NCBI RefSeq assembly: GCF_014889545.1
Contig: NZ_QKOF01000007.1
Span: forward strand, 165,718 to 197,717
Length of the DNA stretch: 32,000 nucleotides
Source: Methanothermobacter thermautotrophicus
GTDB lineage: Archaea > Methanobacteriota > Methanobacteria > Methanobacteriales > Methanothermobacteraceae
Direction: 5' to 3'
The notes beneath the pieces were generated by a model. It searched no databases and was not told the DNA's origin. It worked only from the letters and a program-made list of their open reading frames with translations. Each line of letters opens with the position of its first letter. The first letter of the stretch is position 1. This document shows positions 26,870 through 32,000 of the stretch, piece by piece. Position numbers and translations under genes: made by a program.

Positions 26870-28128
26870 GTACCATCACCACCCAGATCCAGGTCCAGGA
26901 CATCCTCGGCATCCTCGGTGATCCTCTTCTCATATTCGCTCCTGTTCTCACCCGGGGCCTTCTCATTCTCAAGTCTCCTCAGGAGCTCAACCGCAATGGA
27001 ATCACCCTCATCCATGAGTCTCCTGTTTTTGATGTCAAGCCCTGCAAGTTTCTCCCTGAAGATCCTCCTCTCCATTCTGGGCACATCACTCTCCACCACC
27101 CTGACCTTCTGGATCTCGCGGGTGCTGAGGCCGTACCTGTTTATCTGGACGACACGGGCCCCCATGGATTCAAGTCTTTCCCTTATACTCGCCGAGTTTA
27201 TGTCCGATGTCCTTCCTGAGCTGAGCTCACCCCTTATCTTGAGCATCACAACCTTCCCTGTAACATCATGGTCCGCTATCTCCCGCCCTATCAGGGAGAA
27301 TGCGTCCTGGGAGTTCCTCCCTGTAACATCACATTCAATGTACTCGAACTCGGCCGGCCTTATCTCCCTGAACTCAGGTTCCCTGACCTTATCAGTGAAT
27401 TCCACCAGATAGTAACCCCTGACCTCTCCCCTGGCGTTTTCCTCGAGGTCACCGGCGTATGAACCAAAGAGTGTGCCCGGGTACACGATGGGACCGTAGC
27501 CCTCCTCATGGTAGCATCCACTCCTGTGGACGTGTCCACCGGCATAGTACTCGAATCCCCTGGGGAAGAGGTTCAGGTCCACCGATTCCATGTCTGCAAG
27601 GTCAGCCGGTTTGAACTGGGTTATGGCGCTGTGGAAAAGGAATATCCTGAACCCCTCCTCGGCCTCCAGGGCATCCCTGTCGAGTTTCATGAAGTAGTCG
27701 ACCTCAAGGGTCCTTGATCTGCCTGAAAGTCCTGTGATCTTTGCGCCTGTCTTCTCGTCCACCGTGAACTCAAGTCCAAGCCTCTTACCTGGGATGGGGC
27801 GAACGACCTTCTCTATCACCCCTGCACTTTCAAGGATGTCTATCATGGATGTGTTGGATGGGCTGTAGTCGTGACTCCCGTAGTTGACGTATATGGGGAC
27901 CCCCGCCTCCCTGACCCTCCTGAGTTCAAGGGTGGCCCTCTTGACGGTCTCCATGTTGGGTATGTTGGAGTGGAAGAGGTCCCCTGCTATTATTATGAAG
28001 TCAACGTCATTCTGGAGTGCATCATCCAGGGCCATCCTGAAGGCCTCAAATTCAAGTTCCCTGAGGTCAGGCTGTTTCTGAGCCCCCAGGTGGCAGTCTG
28101 AGAGGTGTGCGAATCTGTACATGCCCAC
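26866..28128 (-). CDS. mre11: DNA repair exonuclease Mre11
   Basis: [90 protein letters not shown]...AGGHVHRSG. Coupled to rad50 by a 4-nt overlap. Confidence 0.97.
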   Translation of the reverse strand: MGMYRFAHLSDCHLGAQKQPDLRELEFEAFRMALDDALQNDVDFIIIAGDLFHSNIPNMETVKRATLELRRVREAGVPIYVNYGSHDYSPSNTSMIDILESAGVIEKVVRPIPGKRLGLEFTVDEKTGAKITGLSGRSRTLEVDYFMKLDRDALEAEEGFRIFLFHSAITQFKPADLADMESVDLNLFPRGFEYYAGGHVHRSGCYHEEGYGPIVYPGTLFGSYAGDLEENARGEVRGYYLVEFTDKVREPEFREIRPAEFEYIECDVTGRNSQDAFSLIGREIADHDVTGKVVMLKIRGELSSGRTSDINSASIRERLESMGARVVQINRYGLSTREIQKVRVVESDVPRMERRIFREKLAGLDIKNRRLMDEGDSIAVELLRRLENEKAPGENRSEYEKRITEDAEDVLDLDLGGDGT

Positions 28129-28130
28129 AC

Positions 28131-29657
28131 CTACCCTATAAACTCAATCTCCTCATCTTCACTATCCTCTGATTCCAGTCCCGCTGATTCAATGAACTCC
28201 TCAAAGAGGGGTATCTTCACAGGGACTGCGAACTTTGTGAATATGCTGCTCACTATGGCTTCACCCTTATCAAGGCTTGCTATGGTCCTGTTATCATCTG
28301 ATAGATCCTGTGAGGCACTCCCTATTATCTCAGCCCTCTCCTGGGCCATCTCATTTCCCAGGATTATCTTGGTGTTCATGTTGGCAAGGACAGTCCTGGG
28401 TATCAAACTCACGAGCTGGGTTATTGCAATTAGTCCTATGTTGAATTTACGCCCCTCCCTTGCTATGGTGCTGTAGATGTTGTTTCCCTGCCTCTCAATG
28501 ACCTCCTTTCCGAGGACGCGGGGGGCCTCCTCTATCACTATCCCTATGACCGGTTTTCGCCGGAGCTTCCCATCGGCCTTGTACTGCTGGTACCTCCTGA
28601 AGATCTCGGCTGAGATGACACTTCCAACCAGGAGTTCGGCCTCACCCATGAGTCTTGAGGTGTCCACCACGACGATCCTTCCATCCTCAAGGCTGGCCGC
28701 GATGTCCTTTATTGTTGACTCGCCTCCACGCTCCCTGAAGACTCCTCCCCTTGACTTTATTTTGCCGTCATCAAGGTACACTCCGAGGATGACGTCGAAG
28801 ATCCTCCTCAGCACGTTGAGTGTCACCTGCTGTACGCCGGGTAGTTCCTCTCCCTTCACGATCTTCAGGATCCATTCATCCCCGTATTCGTTGTAGTACC
28901 TTGCAATTGCCTGCTCCTGTGCCTGTGTGAAGGGAATTATGCCCTCAAAGTGCTCGGGGCGGAGTGACCTTAGGTTTATGGTGAGGGTGTTCCCGCCCAC
29001 AGGGGCATCAGGGGAGTAGTAGACCACATTATTTGAGGGGTGCCTCCGGAGGCCGGCCTCGTTCCTCCCGTAGTACTCATCGTGTGGGTCCAGGACGAGA
29101 ATGCCCACCCTGTCCATCTCTGCAAGGCTCCAGAGCATCACCTTCACAAGGTTACTCTTACCCCTCCCTGTGGTTGCAGGTATTAGGATGTGGTGGGTTA
29201 TGGCGTCAACTGCATCGACGTAGACCGGTGTATCCAGGACCTTCGAGCCGCTCCTCACGTGTCCAAGGAATACAGGGTTTCTGGGCTTCTCAAGGAAGTC
29301 CAGGTCCCCCTCTCTGATCCTCCGGACCTCCCTGAAGAATCTGGGGAGGCGTTTGGGTATCAGTGGCTCCCCCTCCCTCACATGGAGTATGGGGCGGGCC
29401 TCTGCAATGATGTAGTTCCTCAGCTCCGGTTCGAGGAACTCCACGTCCCCGCTGTAACCCTCAAGGTTGAACCCCGATGCCAGCTCCCTCATGCCCTGGG
29501 GTATCTGGGACCTGTACCTGAGGTCCTTGACCTGGAGTATTGTGTATCCATCGCCCTCTGCAACCAGCAGGTCGCCGAGTTCTACGGGTTCACCTGATTT
29601 CTGCCTTATGAGTACCGCGGCTGTTTCACCGCCTATTATCTGGCCTACAGCTTCCAT
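28131..29657 (-). CDS. herA: Bipolar DNA helicase HerA
   Basis: [42 protein letters not shown]...[14 protein letters not shown]...[42 protein letters not shown]: HerA/FtsK-like motifs; gene sits between nurA and mre11. Confidence 0.95.
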   Translation of the reverse strand: MEAVGQIIGGETAAVLIRQKSGEPVELGDLLVAEGDGYTILQVKDLRYRSQIPQGMRELASGFNLEGYSGDVEFLEPELRNYIIAEARPILHVREGEPLIPKRLPRFFREVRRIREGDLDFLEKPRNPVFLGHVRSGSKVLDTPVYVDAVDAITHHILIPATTGRGKSNLVKVMLWSLAEMDRVGILVLDPHDEYYGRNEAGLRRHPSNNVVYYSPDAPVGGNTLTINLRSLRPEHFEGIIPFTQAQEQAIARYYNEYGDEWILKIVKGEELPGVQQVTLNVLRRIFDVILGVYLDDGKIKSRGGVFRERGGESTIKDIAASLEDGRIVVVDTSRLMGEAELLVGSVISAEIFRRYQQYKADGKLRRKPVIGIVIEEAPRVLGKEVIERQGNNIYSTIAREGRKFNIGLIAITQLVSLIPRTVLANMNTKIILGNEMAQERAEIIGSASQDLSDDNRTIASLDKGEAIVSSIFTKFAVPVKIPLFEEFIESAGLESEDSEDEEIEFIG

Positions 29658-30721
29658 TGATCCTCACCTGCATACCTGTTAAGTTCATCATGGTAGTTCA
29701 TGGTATCGATCTCCTCCCTTATGCCCTCAAGGACCTCCCGGTCCCTGACCTGTGAGAGGAGCCTCCTCCTGTATATCTCCACCTCATCACCTGAGACCCT
29801 GGCCCTCATATCCACATCAACCAGGCCGTAGGGGTATCCAGGGAAGCATGCATCCCTCGCATTGAGGGATAGGGCTGATGCGACCTCCATGGCATCATCC
29901 CTTCCGCACTCGCCGAGGATGTCCATCCTGAATATCCTCCCTGCCGGGTTCAGTTTAACTGCAGTGATGGTGGTCGGCCTGTCCGTCCTGATGGCGACTG
30001 GGTGGTAGCACCAGCCCCCCTCCATGTAAGATTCTGCGGCGAGTCTCCCCACCGCAGCTAGGAGTGAGATGGATGTGGTGGTGTAGAGGGTGCATGTCTT
30101 TGAGAGTCCAGCCACATGGATGTCCCTGGCCTCATCCATGAGTTTCATGATGTAGCGGTTCTCCCTCTCGAATGATGCCTGGAGTGACCCGTCCCTCACC
30201 AGGATGTCCCCATCATCGAGTTCATTGAGGGCCCCTGTGGCCATGGTCCACTCTGCGAACCTCCTCGGGAGGCCCCTGAGGGTTGACTCATCAACCAGCT
30301 CTGCATCTGCAAGCCCAAGCTGGAGGTCATCCTCATCTGGAAGGAACTCCCGGTACTCCTCCCTGATTGGGTGTAGCTGGAACCTGCATGTCCCATCCTC
30401 TGGATGGATCTTCATGACCGAGAAGAACTCGATCCTTGATGGCATCTCTGGCTGGATCCTCGCATCTCCCCTGAAGAGGCTCAGGGCGACCCTGTTGATC
30501 TGGACTGATATTGCCGGTCCCTCCAGTATGGGGCTGTTACCCCCATCTATGAAGGCCAGGAGCCTCTTATCTCGCCCCTGAATGGGTATGAAGCCATCCG
30601 CGGTGAATTCATGGACCCTGTATCGTGATGATCTGAAGTAGGGCCTCCCAAGATCGGCTCTGACACTCCCCTCCAGGGTCTGTGCAATCCTATCAAGAAC
30701 GTCCAATAAAAAATCCCCCAT
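29645..30721 (-). CDS. nurA: NurA 5'-3' nuclease
   Basis: [30 protein letters not shown] (NurA motif with catalytic Asp), ...[15 protein letters not shown]..., [15 protein letters not shown]. Overlaps her[13 protein letters not shown] at 30721 is the sensible start; the track ORF to 30874 has an implausible N-terminal extension. Confidence 0.9.
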   Translation of the reverse strand: MGDFLLDVLDRIAQTLEGSVRADLGRPYFRSSRYRVHEFTADGFIPIQGRDKRLLAFIDGGNSPILEGPAISVQINRVALSLFRGDARIQPEMPSRIEFFSVMKIHPEDGTCRFQLHPIREEYREFLPDEDDLQLGLADAELVDESTLRGLPRRFAEWTMATGALNELDDGDILVRDGSLQASFERENRYIMKLMDEARDIHVAGLSKTCTLYTTTSISLLAAVGRLAAESYMEGGWCYHPVAIRTDRPTTITAVKLNPAGRIFRMDILGECGRDDAMEVASALSLNARDACFPGYPYGLVDVDMRARVSGDEVEIYRRRLLSQVRDREVLEGIREEIDTMNYHDELNRYAGEDQWKL

Positions 30722-30857
30722 GTAAATGTTTAATATTGAATAAGAAATGAATGTTATAAATAGTTTGTGGTTTTCTGCTGAAGTACTCTGTCCATTGCAA
30801 AGCCCCTGCTCCTTCTCAGGAGAGGGGTCGCCATGGCATCCGATGGCACCGCGGGAC

Positions 30858-31388
30858 TCACTCCTCTGGTTCAACTATAACAGCTGTACCGTAGGCCAGG
30901 ATCTCCTGCATAATATCTGAGATTGAGTCTGAATCAAATCTCACACTGATAACCGCATTGGCGCCCATTTCACGGGCATGATCCAGCATCCTTTCAAGGG
31001 CCTCCTGCCTTGAGTGCTCCATCATGGTGACGTACTCCTTGATCTCACCGCCCACAATGGACCTTAAACCGGCACCTATCTGGCCCCCCAGGCCCCTGCT
31101 CCTCACTGTAAGGCCGTATACAAATCCAAGTACCTTGACGGCCCTGTAACCAGGGACATAGTTGCTTGTAACGTATATAATATCCCCGTGCTCCTCAACC
31201 ACCACAGGTTTTTCCCTTCGCTCCTCCAGCCTTGTGCCGCACTCATCGCAGAAGTTGGCTTCAGCCCCATACTCCTTGCCACAGTTTGGGCAGAACTTCT
31301 CGGCTTTCTTGGGCTCAGATCCTGCAGTTGCAGGTCCCATACCCTTCTTCTCGGCGAGTCTCCTCTTCATCTCTTCACTTGTAACCAT
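30858..31388 (-). CDS. Zinc-ribbon + YbjQ/DUF74-like (heavy-metal-binding fold) protein
   Basis: KFCPNCGKEYGAEANFCDECGTRLEE zinc ribbon, then IIYVTSNYVPGYRAVKVLGFVYGLTVRSRGLGGQIGAGLRSIVGGEIKEYVTMMEHSRQEALERMLDHAREMGANAVISVRFDSDSI (YbjQ core). Confidence 0.9.
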   Translation of the reverse strand: MVTSEEMKRRLAEKKGMGPATAGSEPKKAEKFCPNCGKEYGAEANFCDECGTRLEERREKPVVVEEHGDIIYVTSNYVPGYRAVKVLGFVYGLTVRSRGLGGQIGAGLRSIVGGEIKEYVTMMEHSRQEALERMLDHAREMGANAVISVRFDSDSISDIMQEILAYGTAVIVEPEE

Positions 31389-31435
31389 AATAACACCATA
31401 ATTAATTTCTACTGCAAGTGTATAATAAGGTTACC

Positions 31436-32000
31436 ATGAAATCAGGGAAAGCCTATGTTGAACCATTCACCAGAAGAGGCACTATCTGGGGGCTTATAAT
31501 CCCCTACATCCCCCTCATCATTCTTACCTTACTCCTCATCCTCAAACCATACTACCTCTTCCCGACCCATGGCGACCTTGACTTCCACCTTGTGAGGGCC
31601 AGGGAGATAATGCTGGACCCAAGCAGGGGCCTCCTCTGGGATTACCTGGTCTATTACCCCATGGGAAGACCCCTGGGCCATCCGCCGCTCATCCAGGCAG
31701 TAATCGCGGGACTGTGGACCCTGGGGGGTGTCAGGTTCGCCCACTCCATAATGTGCGTGACCCAGATACTTCTCACAGTATTCACGGCATCATGGGTTGC
31801 CTCAAGGTGGTATGGCAGGCGTGCGGGGCTCATCGCAGGTACACTGGTCCTTGCATCCCCCCGCCCTGACACACTCTCTGTTATAATGCCAGCAGCCTAC
31901 ATACCCGTCCTGGTTGTCCTGACAGTGTACCTCCTTGGGGAGGACCGCTTGTCTGCAGCGGTGACAGGGACCCTGGCGCTCTGGACCCACTTCATAGCCC
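31436..32000 (+). CDS. Polytopic membrane protein, N-terminal part; glycosyltransferase GT-C/STT3-like candidate (runs off right edge)
   Basis: ATG at 31436: MKSGKAYVEPFTRRGTIWGLIIPYIPLIILTLLLILKPYYLFPTHGDLDFHLVRAREIMLDPSRGLLWDYLVYYPMGRPLGHPPLIQAVIAGLW... The D-x-D/H pattern after TM1 and several TM helices suggest GT-C. Open to base 32000. Confidence 0.6.
   Translation, partial: MKSGKAYVEPFTRRGTIWGLIIPYIPLIILTLLLILKPYYLFPTHGDLDFHLVRAREIMLDPSRGLLWDYLVYYPMGRPLGHPPLIQAVIAGLWTLGGVRFAHSIMCVTQILLTVFTASWVASRWYGRRAGLIAGTLVLASPRPDTLSVIMPAAYIPVLVVLTVYLLGEDRLSAAVTGTLALWTHFIA

Noticed and set aside
24356-30721. nurA-herA-mre11-rad50 as a novel defence cluster
   Set aside because: This gene set is a well-known archaeal DNA end-resection operon with intact motifs. 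HerA-NurA resemblance to defence modules is not enough to claim a new system.
30722-30874. N-terminal extension of NurA in the ORF track (MNQRSESRGAIGCHGDPSPEKEQGL...)
   Set aside because: It overlaps the end of the upstream gene, does not look coding, and is followed by a TATA-like sequence and the more natural start [12 protein letters not shown] at 30721.

Overview
The window looks like chromosomal DNA from a Methanothermobacter-type archaeon: pseudomurein-type cell-wall genes, AGG/ATA-rich codon usage, GGAGGTGAT ribosome-binding sites and TATA-type promoters. No CRISPR array, IS element, tRNA or rRNA was recognised. From left to right it holds: the 5' part of a UvrD-like helicase gene; a long 874-bp intergenic region; a predicted surface-anchored CobN-like protein; a two-gene operon encoding a Csa3-like CARF-HTH regulator and an archaeal ATPase; a run of small membrane, zinc-ribbon and secreted proteins; a secreted M14-like peptidase; a DUF169 protein; a minus-strand cell-wall-type operon (small membrane protein, Mur ligase, a 1000-aa double Mur ligase with a MurT-like C-terminal half, a membrane protein, a nucleotidyltransferase); a class III signal peptide (pilin-like) protein; msrA; a two-subunit 2-oxoacid:acceptor oxidoreductase; a stand-alone ThsB/MTH538-like TIR-like protein; a very basic secreted transglutaminase-like protein; the nurA-herA-mre11-rad50 operon; a zinc ribbon + YbjQ-like protein; and a truncated polytopic membrane glycosyltransferase-like protein. 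The observations most worth following are: (1) three separate genes whose 3' ends, stop codon included, are tandemly duplicated; (2) two secreted-protein genes whose Shine-Dalgarno spacing points to AUC or AUU start codons; (3) an extracytoplasmic CobN-like protein; (4) a CARF-HTH/ATPase pair with no CRISPR in view; (5) the double Mur ligase operon; (6) the stand-alone TIR-like gene. I did not find a clearly complete new defence system.
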